Of a stretch of 64,000 bases of DNA, positions 27,475 to 37,356 are shown one piece after another. The notes under the pieces are model-generated. The model saw only the letters and a list, made by a program, of their open reading frames with translations. It searched no databases and had not been told where the DNA came from. The position numbers and the translations under genes are program-made. The DNA lies in the IMG/VR virus record IMGVR_UViG_3300027793_000052, positions 62,001-126,000 of that record. One strand, given 5' to 3'. Within the stretch, counting starts at the first letter, position 1; every line of letters begins with the position of its first letter.

Positions 27475-28433
27475 TGAACTTAAAAAGTTTAATAAAGGAA
27501 CAATTAATATTTGAAGGTAGAATAGAAGATGCCAAATCTTTTGTCGTTAAAGATTTCCAAGATTTATTAATACCACAATCTTACAAAGAAGGTGAAAGAA
27601 TGCCAGAATGGTTTCAAAAGTTAGTGGATAGTGATCCGTCTGGTAATCAAAAATATTTAATGTGGGCCTTAAAACAAATTAAAAAACACTCAGGTAAGTT
27701 CCATCCTTTTATATTAACCGATGTGGTCTTAGAAAAAATTATAGAAGGTTTTGTTAATTTTCATAAGTTACAAGACAAACTAAATAAAGAAAATATAGAT
27801 AAAGTGGTGTCTTGGAAAGCTGTATCGAACCCAACGGAATTTAACATAAACTACGGTATGGATTCACCTTACTTTAAGTTTAGATACCCAATAGAAGAAC
27901 TAAATAAAGTATTGAGTAATCCGAAAGACATAAATTCTTACTATGACTTTTATATGTTATGGGAGATGGTGAATGCTGTAAAACAATTACCTACTAGAGC
28001 TGACTTGAAAAAGGAGGCCGTAAAACTTACTGATGATAATTATTGGTTGGTGATAGTACCTATGTCACATAGGGCTTCATGTAGTTACGGTTCCAATACT
28101 AGATGGTGTACAACATCAAAAGAAGATACACAATACAATAAATATCAATCCAATACAAGTAGTTTGTTTTATTTCATACCTAAAACAAACCCTTTAAAAT
28201 CACACCAAGATTATTTTGTAGAATATATGGATGTTGAATATGATTTAAGTAAAATTGCATTACATATGAATTTTGAGGGTGATTTAATTTTTTATGACGC
28301 TTCTGACGGTGAAATAGAAAGCTATGACGTAACAAATCTTGTTGCTCAAGTATATGGATTAGAATCCGCACAATCTTTCGGTACAAGTGTGTTAAAAGCT
28401 GAAGACTATCATAAATCCAAAATAGAAAAATAA
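27474..28433 (+). CDS. YGxxTxWC-family protein, paralog 1
   Basis: LIFEGRIED, DPSGNQKYL.W, ASCSYGSNTRWCTT. Confidence 0.7.
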   Translation: MNLKSLIKEQLIFEGRIEDAKSFVVKDFQDLLIPQSYKEGERMPEWFQKLVDSDPSGNQKYLMWALKQIKKHSGKFHPFILTDVVLEKIIEGFVNFHKLQDKLNKENIDKVVSWKAVSNPTEFNINYGMDSPYFKFRYPIEELNKVLSNPKDINSYYDFYMLWEMVNAVKQLPTRADLKKEAVKLTDDNYWLVIVPMSHRASCSYGSNTRWCTTSKEDTQYNKYQSNTSSLFYFIPKTNPLKSHQDYFVEYMDVEYDLSKIALHMNFEGDLIFYDASDGEIESYDVTNLVAQVYGLESAQSFGTSVLKAEDYHKSKIEK

Positions 28434-28618
28434 CCAAAATTTTTTAACGTCTTAACCATTTCGTCACTTACTTCAGAAAAAGTTTCTGCATTTAAAGTTA
28501 CTTTTTGATTTACATTGTAAACGGTTGTGTTACTATATATTACTCTACCTACTATTTTGCCGAATATTTTTACACCTTTAACCAAATAATTACCGTTAAA
28601 ATAATACTTAGACTTCAT
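28409..28618 (-). CDS. hypothetical protein
   Basis: ORF in minus-strand operon. Confidence 0.5.
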   Translation of the reverse strand: MKSKYYFNGNYLVKGVKIFGKIVGRVIYSNTTVYNVNQKVTLNAETFSEVSDEMVKTLKNFGYFSILDL

Positions 28619-29063
28619 TATTTCTAATATCTTTTAAAATTTTTTCTAGGGATTCTTTATCTCTGTTAACCAATTCAACTTCTACATTACTACGTCTTTT
28701 ATCAATACTTTTGGTAAACCTAGTTTTAATTCTATTGTAGTAATATTCATTGAACCAAACATCGTAATGGTAATTTGTTTTAGCAGATTTATCAACACCA
28801 GACACATTAATTATACAACCATTTGATGCTTTGTTTATGGAAAGAAAAACATTTCCTTTTTGTATTAATTGTTTTTCAGACAATGGGGCATATAATAAAT
28901 CAGCCTCTTCATCTCTAACCAATGTATTAAAAATGTTTAATGTGGTTTTTTGTATTTCATTTAAAGTTGTGTTTGATGAGTTAGCACTTTGTGATATACC
29001 AATAATGGTTCTGGCATATCTCATTTTAAAAAATAATTTAATTTTTCTAAAGATTTTTTTCAT
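28608..29063 (-). CDS. hypothetical protein
   Basis: ORF in operon. Confidence 0.65.
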   Translation of the reverse strand: MKKIFRKIKLFFKMRYARTIIGISQSANSSNTTLNEIQKTTLNIFNTLVRDEEADLLYAPLSEKQLIQKGNVFLSINKASNGCIINVSGVDKSAKTNYHYDVWFNEYYYNRIKTRFTKSIDKRRSNVEVELVNRDKESLEKILKDIRNNEV

Positions 29064-29064
29064 A

Positions 29065-29289
29065 TTAATAATTTAACATACTTTTATAAGGTAATTCACT
29101 AAAATCACAACCACTTAATTCTTTGTATTTAACTTTTAAACGACTTTTAAAGGTTTTATTATAAACCTGATAATCCATGTGTTTATCCAACCAAAACCCC
29201 AACATTCTTGCCGCACCTTTTAGTTGTTCGATAGTCTCACAACTATCTATAACATTCAATACTTTGTAGTAATCTTTCCAAATTTCCAT
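29065..29289 (-). CDS. hypothetical protein
   Basis: ORF in operon. Confidence 0.6.
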   Translation of the reverse strand: MEIWKDYYKVLNVIDSCETIEQLKGAARMLGFWLDKHMDYQVYNKTFKSRLKVKYKELSGCDFSELPYKSMLNY

Positions 29290-29759
29290 TATGATAAGAA
29301 TTTAATAATTTTTTCTTTAATACCTGTTTGTTTAATACCTTCCATGTCTTTTGGACAATGAACAAAATTATCTAAAGAGAACATCTTTAAATCATCCACC
29401 GCCACCCAATGGGTAACACCTAACTTTTCTTTGTTTTGTTTCAACCACAGGTTGATTTCAACAACTCTTCCACCCTCCAAATCAGAACCATTTGGTGTTG
29501 GTAATTCGGGTGTCATATCAAACGGTGCTTTAATAACACCATTAAACTCCATGAATATTTCTTTGATTTGGCCCAAACTGTAGTGGTATTTCCAATCGGA
29601 AGATAAAACCATTTCAGCCCCAGTTTCTTCTAGGATTTTATTTAAAACTTTTACAGCCTTTTTATCAAATGGGTATGCATTCCATTTGTTATCCTGTGAC
29701 ATATCCCAACAAGGGGCTGTCGCTAATACACCATCGATATCGATAAAAATTAATTTCAT
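29289..29759 (-). CDS. HAD domain protein, Swiss-Army-Knife RNA-repair type
   Basis: FIDIDGVL, VLSSDW, R..EI..WL, WVAVDD. Confidence 0.75.
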   Translation of the reverse strand: MKLIFIDIDGVLATAPCWDMSQDNKWNAYPFDKKAVKVLNKILEETGAEMVLSSDWKYHYSLGQIKEIFMEFNGVIKAPFDMTPELPTPNGSDLEGGRVVEINLWLKQNKEKLGVTHWVAVDDLKMFSLDNFVHCPKDMEGIKQTGIKEKIIKFLS

Positions 29760-29782
29760 GATTACAAATATAAGAATTTTTC

Positions 29783-30484
29783 TTACATATCTCTACCACT
29801 TTCAAAAATATGTTTTAAAACTGGGAACCTTAGACTTACACCACCTTCTTGATTTTGTGTTTCTTCAAAAAATTGTATAGTAGCCAATTTACCAACAATC
29901 TTTGACGGGTCCCTGAAAAATTCTTTACGTTGTTCAAGCGTAAAACCACTACCAACACCAACTTCATAACCTTTATGTTCGATAACAATTTGTGATGTCA
30001 TGGTTTCAGTAACTTCTTTACCATCCACCACGATACGAATTGGACCGTAATTAATTCCTTTAACAACGTATTCAGCATCATGAAAGTTTTTAGCTTTTAA
30101 TAAATCCTTACTACGTTTACCTTTATACCCAACATCTTTACGAACCATAACACCCTCCCAACCGTTGTTCTCAGCCTCATCTAACCATTTTTGAAAGTGT
30201 TGGATGTTTTCTACCTTTTCTTGGGGTAAAATTTCACAAGTACCCAAGAGGTGTGGGGCTTTATTTAATAAAACTTGTTCAAAAGCCACAAAATTACTGG
30301 ATAAAACTTCTAATCTTTTAGATAAATTACGTACACTAGTTTTGTTACTAAATTCTTCTAATGATAACATATCAAAAATTTTGTACTTTACATTATCAAT
30401 ACGGTGGTTTTTACGACGAATTTCTTTCATTATGTTAGTGAAATTCTCTGAATAATAACGTGTAATTTTTTTAATTTTTTTCAT
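29783..30484 (-). CDS. lig: ATP-dependent DNA ligase, C-terminal half (motifs IIIa, IV, V and OB domain)
   Basis: start re-assigned to ATG 30484 (MKKIKKITRYYSENF); KIFDML, WEGVMVR, KRSKDLLKAK, GVGSGF, SLRFP. Confidence 0.85.
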   Translation of the reverse strand: MKKIKKITRYYSENFTNIMKEIRRKNHRIDNVKYKIFDMLSLEEFSNKTSVRNLSKRLEVLSSNFVAFEQVLLNKAPHLLGTCEILPQEKVENIQHFQKWLDEAENNGWEGVMVRKDVGYKGKRSKDLLKAKNFHDAEYVVKGINYGPIRIVVDGKEVTETMTSQIVIEHKGYEVGVGSGFTLEQRKEFFRDPSKIVGKLATIQFFEETQNQEGGVSLRFPVLKHIFESGRDM

Positions 30485-31241
30485 ATTTCCAAATGTAATT
30501 TTTAAACTTATCTCGTCTACCCTTACAACAATCAATAACACCGTCCCTGGATATACCCAAGTCTTTTGTGATATCCCCACCACAGTCCCAAATTTTTACT
30601 AATTCACCGTTTAATGTGTATTGGCCTATCTTTTTCTTTTTTTTGGCTTGTGATAATAGTAATATTTTTTTATGTTCATCTGTTAGTTTAGACCCATATC
30701 TGGGGTTACCTTCACCTTTACGATTTTGAGAGTGTACGTTTTTGGATGACTCACTCCAAGAAGAACCCAAATTAAAACCCCTACCTTGGTTATTTTTAAT
30801 AGATTCCATTAAACTTTCTCTCATTTTATTAACCCTGTCCGGGTTATGTTTAACACCTAATAAAGATTTCCTTATTTTATCACCAAAACCAATTGGTTTT
30901 GGTTTTCGTAATTTATCTTTAGTTTCTTCAGTATGTTTTATATTATTTTTTAATTTTTCATATATTCTACTACTTATGTTATAATCTCTTTTTTGATTTT
31001 TATTGTTTAATTGGTTACTCATAGCCCAAAAGGCGAAAAACAATTTTTTTTCTTTTGGGTATATCTCACATAGTAATTGGTGGCACAAGTAATGTTCTCT
31101 TGCTGTTAAATAAACTAAATTTTCCTTTTCATCAGTACCACCCATACATTTAGGTATTATGTGGTGAAGTTCTTTATAAGATGTTAATTCTCTATTTTTA
31201 GCTCTATCTATTATTTGATAGTAAATTTTTTGATAATTCAT
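30471..31241 (-). mobile_element. free-standing HNH homing endonuclease with NUMOD-type C-terminus
   Basis: ELHHIIPKCMGG...NLVYLTAREHYLCH; IGQYTLNGELVKIW...IWKY; sits between the ligase halves. Confidence 0.85.
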
Positions 31242-31273
31242 AATTATAATGTATTATTATAAATATCATAAAA

Positions 31274-32065
31274 CTAATAACTTTCATTATAGTTTGAAAT
31301 TATATCGTCATCGTCAGTTAAATCACTAACTAATTTTATACCATTAGTTGTTTCTACCAAATCAGTGTTTTTATACCTCTCAACGGAACCGTCCTCAAAT
31401 TCTATTTCAACATATTCGTCAACCATACAGATTTCACCATCAAAAACTATGTTACTAAAGTTTAATTGTGATATCGCATCTTCCACTTTACCTAACGTGT
31501 CAAAAATCTTACCTTGTCTAGAAAAAGAAGTTACTTTACCGTTTTCATCTATCACAACAATACAACGTACACCATCCAATTTACGTGAAACAAACCAATC
31601 TTCTTTTTCAAAATCAACCATCTCAGGTTCAAACTTTTCTGCCAAAGCCACATCAAATGTTGGAATGGTTCCAGGAACCGCCTTATTAATTATGGATTCA
31701 CCAATACGACATTTAAGGTCTTTGTCTATTATATCATAAATAACTTCTTTATGTTCAATATTGGCAGCAATAAAAGAGTTAACAAGACCTATTGCGTTAT
31801 GTCCTGTAACTTCACGAGTACGCAATTCATCCAATAATTCAAATATGGTATAGTTTTTTTCTGTTAATGCCAAAATGGTTTCATTCTTTTTACAGTTATC
31901 TGATGTTATATGAAACTGATAGAATGGGTTATAAACATACATGAATAGTTTTTTTAATTCACTATCATGAAAATATTCTTTAATTAAACTGATTTTGTTG
32001 TTAGAAGATGAGTTAGATTGTAACCTATCAATCAACTCTTTTGTACGACCTAAAATATTTTTCAT
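31274..32065 (-). CDS. lig: ATP-dependent DNA ligase, N-terminal half (motifs I, III) plus 46-aa Hint-like tail
   Basis: SRKLDGVRC, SRQGK, FDGEI; TATATTTG upstream. Confidence 0.85.
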   Translation of the reverse strand: MKNILGRTKELIDRLQSNSSSNNKISLIKEYFHDSELKKLFMYVYNPFYQFHITSDNCKKNETILALTEKNYTIFELLDELRTREVTGHNAIGLVNSFIAANIEHKEVIYDIIDKDLKCRIGESIINKAVPGTIPTFDVALAEKFEPEMVDFEKEDWFVSRKLDGVRCIVVIDENGKVTSFSRQGKIFDTLGKVEDAISQLNFSNIVFDGEICMVDEYVEIEFEDGSVERYKNTDLVETTNGIKLVSDLTDDDDIISNYNESY

Positions 32066-32119
32066 ATCACAAATATAGTTATTATTTATTTAATACACAA
32101 AATATAGTAAAATTATTAT

Positions 32120-32533
32120 ATGAATGAAGAGTTAGAAAGTAAAATTAGGGGTATTGTTGGTTTATATAACTTTTACAAATACCATATGAACACACCACAA
32201 CGAGTTGGTTTACTAACTCTATGGATTGAAGTTAGTGTCAGCAAAGAGGAGTATGAGGTGGCAGATGTCCTACAAAAAGAATTAAATAAAATATTAAATG
32301 GTGAGGAAGAATATTTTTTAACCCCACCATCTAATATAACTTTTATACCCACAGATACCGATAATTTAAAAGATAAAATTTGGGATATAATGGGAAAACC
32401 CAAAAACAAACCTATTTTTAAACCTGAAAAAAAATTAAAATGGGTAAACTTATGGGGTACTGGTAAGTTTAAGTTGATAGATATATCTCTTAATACTTTT
32501 ATTATTTTTAATTTCGGTGTTGAATTTAGTTAA
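32120..32533 (+). CDS. hypothetical protein with UVR-like motif
   Basis: KEEYEVADVLQKELNKI. Confidence 0.55.
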   Translation: MNEELESKIRGIVGLYNFYKYHMNTPQRVGLLTLWIEVSVSKEEYEVADVLQKELNKILNGEEEYFLTPPSNITFIPTDTDNLKDKIWDIMGKPKNKPIFKPEKKLKWVNLWGTGKFKLIDISLNTFIIFNFGVEFS

Positions 32534-32954
32534 AGGTAAATTCAATTAAAGACCAACTACCTTTATAATCGTTAATACCTGTTTGTTTAAACCACTCAAC
32601 AGACATGTAGTTAGTATCACTTATTTTAACTTCTCTCTTACTAACTAAAACATCATCAATTAAAATACGCATTTCAAACCAATAATTTTGTTTTGCGGCA
32701 ATATTAAACATAACCTTATCACCCCTTTTTAAACCCCAATAATTAATAGTTTGTATTTTAGTATTATCAATCACTCTTAAATCAAAATCCTCATGAGATG
32801 GTTCAGTTCTTACATTAAAATCGTTGGCGGGCATTATAATAGTGGGGAAAAATTCTAACTCATAAGTTATTTTATGGAACTCAACATTTTCTTTTTTACA
32901 AGAAGAAAATAAAAAAACACTTAGTAGAACAATCGGTAAAATAAATCTTTTCAT
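32526..32954 (-). CDS. lipoprotein
   Basis: lipobox FSSC-KKE. Confidence 0.65.
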   Translation of the reverse strand: MKRFILPIVLLSVFLFSSCKKENVEFHKITYELEFFPTIIMPANDFNVRTEPSHEDFDLRVIDNTKIQTINYWGLKRGDKVMFNIAAKQNYWFEMRILIDDVLVSKREVKISDTNYMSVEWFKQTGINDYKGSWSLIEFTFN

Positions 32955-33000
32955 AATTAATTATTTTTACAAATATAAAAAATAAAAATATATAGGCATA

Positions 33001-33030
33001 AAAAATGGGGATAAAAATTACCCCCATTTT
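33001..33030 (-). terminator. intrinsic terminator
   Basis: AAAATGGGG...CCCCATTTT. Confidence 0.65.
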
Positions 33031-33033
33031 AAA

Positions 33034-33210
33034 TTACTTAACAACAGTGGTGTCTACAACAGTAACATCAACTTGGACACTATCTTTTACAACAGTAGAA
33101 CTATCTACTTTTGGTAATGAATCCGTTTTAACTGCTTCACCTTCAGTGGCGGTAGAACCACAAGAAGCTACTAAAGTAACAATACTTAAAATAAAGAATA
33201 ATTTTTTCAT
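33034..33210 (-). CDS. 58-aa lipoprotein rich in D-S/T motifs (not in track)
   Basis: MKKLFFILSIVTLVASCG...TDSLPKVDSSTVVKDSVQVDVTVVDTTVVK. Confidence 0.65.
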   Translation of the reverse strand: MKKLFFILSIVTLVASCGSTATEGEAVKTDSLPKVDSSTVVKDSVQVDVTVVDTTVVK

Positions 33211-33278
33211 TTTTTTAATTTAATTTTTTTTTATTAATTGTTTTTTAATTATAGGAAATATATCCCATACAGTAAATA

Positions 33279-34178
33279 TCAAGAAACAATCAAAGTGTTA
33301 AAATTTTTACGATATTCTAATACTGATAATTCTTTGGCTTTGGACTCAAACATTAAATCTAAATTATGACCATATGTATTAACTTCATTACGTACATAAT
33401 CATGATGTGCTCTAACATTTTTATTATCACGTGGTTCCGATACATGAACAACAGGTGTAATACCTTCAGGCCATGTAGATATGGCCAATTCTAAAGCTTC
33501 TTTAGTAGACATACCATCATTATGACAATTGTGGTGATGATAATCAAATACAATAGGAACACCTGTATGTTCGTGTACATACATAAGGTCAGCTACTGTA
33601 AACATATTGGGTTTATCATCGTTTTCGATTGTAAGACGGGATTTGGCGGTGTCACCGAGTAAATGAAAATTATCCACCCAACGTTTAAGTGCATCGGACT
33701 TATTACCATAAGCACCACCAACATGAATATTAATTTTAGAAAAAGGTGTTTTAGGTAAACCAATCATATCCATTATTTCAGAATGACGATTAAGTTCTGC
33801 AACAGTTTTAGTAATAACGTCTTGATTTGGTGAGGCTAGAACATTAAAAGGTCCGGGGTGAAAACCAACTCGATGGTTATATTGTTCGATAAGATTACCT
33901 AAACCTGTCATTATATTTTTAATTTTAACAATATCGGGTAAATTATCAAAACTATATTCACTTGACCATGGAAACATATCCGAACTCATACGATAAAGTG
34001 TGATATTGTGTTTTTCATTCCATTTAATAACCTCAACAAGGTCACGAACATTTTGTAAAGAAAGTTCAGAGGCATAAGGTAAACCTTTATTCTGAAAAGT
34101 TTTTTTAATCATACCACGATTAGTAGTAATACCTTGTTCCCCCAAGGTCATATTAATACAAGCATATCCAATTCTCAT
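33279..34178 (-). CDS. uvsE: UV DNA damage endonuclease
   Basis: MRIGYACIN, LYRMSSDMFPW, FHPGPFNVL, INIHVGG, RLTIENDD, PIVFDYHHH, AHHDY. Confidence 0.9.
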   Translation of the reverse strand: MRIGYACINMTLGEQGITTNRGMIKKTFQNKGLPYASELSLQNVRDLVEVIKWNEKHNITLYRMSSDMFPWSSEYSFDNLPDIVKIKNIMTGLGNLIEQYNHRVGFHPGPFNVLASPNQDVITKTVAELNRHSEIMDMIGLPKTPFSKINIHVGGAYGNKSDALKRWVDNFHLLGDTAKSRLTIENDDKPNMFTVADLMYVHEHTGVPIVFDYHHHNCHNDGMSTKEALELAISTWPEGITPVVHVSEPRDNKNVRAHHDYVRNEVNTYGHNLDLMFESKAKELSVLEYRKNFNTLIVS

Positions 34179-34222
34179 AAAACAAAGATAACTTTAATTT
34201 TTTAATTAACAAAATATATTTA

Positions 34223-34477
34223 TTGTATATGAGTAACAACGAACATACCAGCAAAGTTTTTGTTTTATTAGAGGCAATCAAACAATCAAAAGCACGTTAT
34301 ATTGAAATAAAATCAAAAGAAGGTTTATCAATATATAAAATGAAATTATTGTTAGAAGATAAAGATTTAGTCGAACTTTTAGACGGGTTTTTCGATGAAG
34401 GTTTTATCGTAAAAGAAATTAGTAAAAAAGAATTTGATGATTTTGAAGGTGTGGAAACTTTAAATTTTAATCTCTAA
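34223..34477 (+). CDS. hypothetical protein
   Basis: ATATTTAT upstream. Confidence 0.55.
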   Translation: MYMSNNEHTSKVFVLLEAIKQSKARYIEIKSKEGLSIYKMKLLLEDKDLVELLDGFFDEGFIVKEISKKEFDDFEGVETLNFNL

Positions 34478-34667
34478 TATACTCTTCTTTAATTTTTTCA
34501 ATTAAAAAATGTTTTTGTGAACCAAGAGAGGGTGGTAATTCATTTTCTGTAAAATCTACTATTTCGTTTATTAAATTATTAATAAATTTTTTAATAACCA
34601 CTTCTTTATTATCAACATCACTATTTGATAATACTAACATTAAATCTTTTTCCCACTTTTTCATCAT
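34467..34667 (-). CDS. hypothetical protein
   Basis: ORF. Confidence 0.45.
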   Translation of the reverse strand: MMKKWEKDLMLVLSNSDVDNKEVVIKKFINNLINEIVDFTENELPPSLGSQKHFLIEKIKEEYIRD

Positions 34668-34721
34668 AAAACTGTTTATAGTTATAAATTTAGTTATATT
34701 TATTTAATAAATAAAGGTATT

Positions 34722-35114
34722 ATGAAAAAAAGATTAGTGATGGATAATCACAAAATAAGAAAAATTGTTAGTGAAAAACTAAAACAAGACGGTACCTTCA
34801 TTAAAGAAGATAAGATAGATAAAGCTATCAAAGATTATTTAAACGAAAGAAAAGATAATCAATCAGATTTTGAAGGTGAAGAAAATTCATTTAGTCCAAA
34901 AGCCAAAAAAGCTTTTGGTGATATGATACGTGGTTTAAATGATATAATAGAAGATTTACGTATTATACAAGTGAAAGAACCAGATATTTTGGTTGATGAA
35001 ATGCCAGGAGCCGGTGAATTTTACTCGGAAAATGCGATAGAAGAAATTATAAACACGATTGAATCCGTTTTAGACAATTTAGAGTATTTAAAAAATTTAA
35101 ATTCTGATGTTTAG
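34722..35114 (+). CDS. acidic hypothetical protein
   Basis: ATATTTAT upstream. Confidence 0.65.
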   Translation: MKKRLVMDNHKIRKIVSEKLKQDGTFIKEDKIDKAIKDYLNERKDNQSDFEGEENSFSPKAKKAFGDMIRGLNDIIEDLRIIQVKEPDILVDEMPGAGEFYSENAIEEIINTIESVLDNLEYLKNLNSDV

Positions 35115-35156
35115 TATTGTTTTAAAAATATTTAAATTTTAACAAATATTTTAAAT

Positions 35157-35396
35157 ATGATAGATGAGTTATACGACAATGTTGTAAGTTTATGTAATGA
35201 AATTGGTTATTTGGATTTAGTTAATGGTTTTAAAACAGAAGATTACTTAAGATGGTCTTCAAACAAAATATTTCAATTTGACAATATACACATTAAAAGG
35301 GAATATCCTTTATGTGCTTTATCTTATGATAATTTTTTTCGTTCACCATTTTCTATCGTTTTTAGTGAAGATGGTACAATTACGAATATTTATTAA
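35157..35396 (+). CDS. hypothetical protein
   Basis: ORF. Confidence 0.5.
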   Translation: MIDELYDNVVSLCNEIGYLDLVNGFKTEDYLRWSSNKIFQFDNIHIKREYPLCALSYDNFFRSPFSIVFSEDGTITNIY

Positions 35397-35398
35397 GT

Positions 35399-36535
35399 AT
35401 GGGAATTATAGGACACAAAGAAAGAGCTTTAATACGTAGAGGTTTATATGTAGAAAACGCTTTAAAAAGAAGAGATTTAATTGTTGAGGACGATCAATTA
35501 GATATTTTTGGTAATAATGAAACAAATAAGTCTAAAAACATTAAAATATTTAAAATAGTAGACGATTCTGGCAAATTCAATTCTAAAAATTTTAGAAATT
35601 TCATATTATTTGATAGTGGTATTTACCCTAAATGTTCACCGGAGGTTTTAAATACAACTGAAAATATCGTATCACCTTGTGTTGGTAAAATTGATACTGA
35701 AAACTGTAAAACAGGTGATGGTATTATAGGTGGTAGATATACTAGTGAGTCTCGTGGGGGTGTTGGTTTGTGGTCTGTAATAAATTTTTTTGACACAAAT
35801 AGTGATGTTGAAAAAGTGATAAAAGAAGTACATCAAAAAAGTAGTACAGATTTAAATTTAAATGAGTGGATAAATATTAATATTAAAGATTTAGTTGGTG
35901 ATAACGGTAAATATACTAGTATTTTAGCTGATAAGGTTTTAACAAAAACATCTGGTACCAGATTTAAAGGTAATAAAAATGAAGAGGTCGTAATTAAAGT
36001 CTTAGAAAAAAATTACCCTGGTATTGTAATTAATAGATTTTGTGATGGTGATGTTAGAGATAGAATAGAAGGTCAAGATTTAATGATTACATTTGACGGT
36101 ATCACTAAATACGTTCAAGTAAAACCTTTATATGGTAATGTGGTTTTACATACTAAAATGGATGGTGATGTTTATTTTGAAGTACCGTCTTATACTGACA
36201 TTTTAGGTAAATACTCACCAAATAAAGTACAAAAATTGGCATTTGTAAGTGGTGAAGATTATATTATTTTTGATTATAAACATGATTTGGTACAACAAAA
36301 ACTAAATCCTGTTACTTACTCTAAAGCACCTAAATACTTATTAAATTTCAAAAACGAACCATCATTAAAATCTGCCTCTCTAAAAATAAAAGAGGTTGAT
36401 GAGTTAAAAAATACACCTAAAGACGAAAAAGTTAAAATTTTAAAAAATAAATTAAATGATTATAAATCTTTAATTTATGATTATAATCAAAAAATTAAAT
36501 TTATACAACAGGCTATTAAAAATTTAGGTGATTAA
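35399..36535 (+). CDS. putative PD-(D/E)xK nuclease-like protein
   Basis: GNKNEE...D...G.D...QVKP; paralogous to 36532. Confidence 0.5.
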   Translation: MGIIGHKERALIRRGLYVENALKRRDLIVEDDQLDIFGNNETNKSKNIKIFKIVDDSGKFNSKNFRNFILFDSGIYPKCSPEVLNTTENIVSPCVGKIDTENCKTGDGIIGGRYTSESRGGVGLWSVINFFDTNSDVEKVIKEVHQKSSTDLNLNEWININIKDLVGDNGKYTSILADKVLTKTSGTRFKGNKNEEVVIKVLEKNYPGIVINRFCDGDVRDRIEGQDLMITFDGITKYVQVKPLYGNVVLHTKMDGDVYFEVPSYTDILGKYSPNKVQKLAFVSGEDYIIFDYKHDLVQQKLNPVTYSKAPKYLLNFKNEPSLKSASLKIKEVDELKNTPKDEKVKILKNKLNDYKSLIYDYNQKIKFIQQAIKNLGD

Positions 36536-37338
36536 ACTTTGTAAACACTTTTACCAGTTGTTGTATTAAAGTTTATTAAAACTAACATTAATTTTTTTGG
36601 TATTATCACAGTGTTTTCTGTAAAACTGAAAAAATCTGGTTGATTTCTAAACACAGCCACATGATATTCTGTACCCGTATCTTTACCAAATACGATTAAA
36701 TCTGTATCATATTCTCTTCTTAAAGAGTTTGTTTTTACAATATAATAATCACCTTCTTTTTCAAGACCAGTAAAAGGTTTAACTTGGGTTGTAAGTCCAG
36801 AACTTTTTGGTGGTAAAATTTTACCGTTTGAAAATATTTTCATGTCTATTCCCATAAAATCTAAAGTACCTCCAGCTTCAGCCAACATATCAACTTTAAT
36901 TACCCCTGGTAAAGTTTCTATTGTACTTTTAACATAATTTTCTCTTTTAGTCCCACTACTTCTTGTTTTATTTATAGCATCAACAATAGAATTTTTTAAT
37001 GCTGAATTAGGACCAAATATTTCAAACATATCTTCTATTATTTTTTGTAAAAATAATTTATTTTCTTCACTATTTTTTTGTGAAAAATTTTTATTATAAG
37101 TAATATGATTGCCGTATTTATTTTTTAAGTAAGGTAGTACAACTTTATCTCTAACAGTCCAATGTGTGTTTATAAAATTGTAATTAGACCAATTTGGGTC
37201 GTCGTTAGGTGTTATTGGTCTTATAATACCATAATTACCTGAAGGTCCACGACCCCAATATTCGGTATTACCATAAATTTCTTTTAATATATTATTTATA
37301 ACAACTTTATATTCGTTTTCAAAAGGAGAATAAGCCAT
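36532..37338 (-). CDS. putative PD-(D/E)xK nuclease-like protein
   Basis: GTKREN...LDFMGID...QVKPF. Confidence 0.5.
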   Translation of the reverse strand: MAYSPFENEYKVVINNILKEIYGNTEYWGRGPSGNYGIIRPITPNDDPNWSNYNFINTHWTVRDKVVLPYLKNKYGNHITYNKNFSQKNSEENKLFLQKIIEDMFEIFGPNSALKNSIVDAINKTRSSGTKRENYVKSTIETLPGVIKVDMLAEAGGTLDFMGIDMKIFSNGKILPPKSSGLTTQVKPFTGLEKEGDYYIVKTNSLRREYDTDLIVFGKDTGTEYHVAVFRNQPDFFSFTENTVIIPKKLMLVLINFNTTTGKSVYKV

Positions 37339-37356
37339 AATTATTGATTATTTTAG

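Noticed and set aside
30471-31414. Group I/II intron interrupting the ligase
   Set aside because: The interval is fully occupied by the N-half tail, a 32-nt promoter spacer and the HNH ORF overlapping the next ATG; no structured non-coding core is visible
30450-31430. Functional (splicing) split intein
   Set aside because: No TxxH, no block F and no C-terminal HN plus C/S/T; the C-part leader is only about 12 aa. Kept only as a non-catalytic remnant
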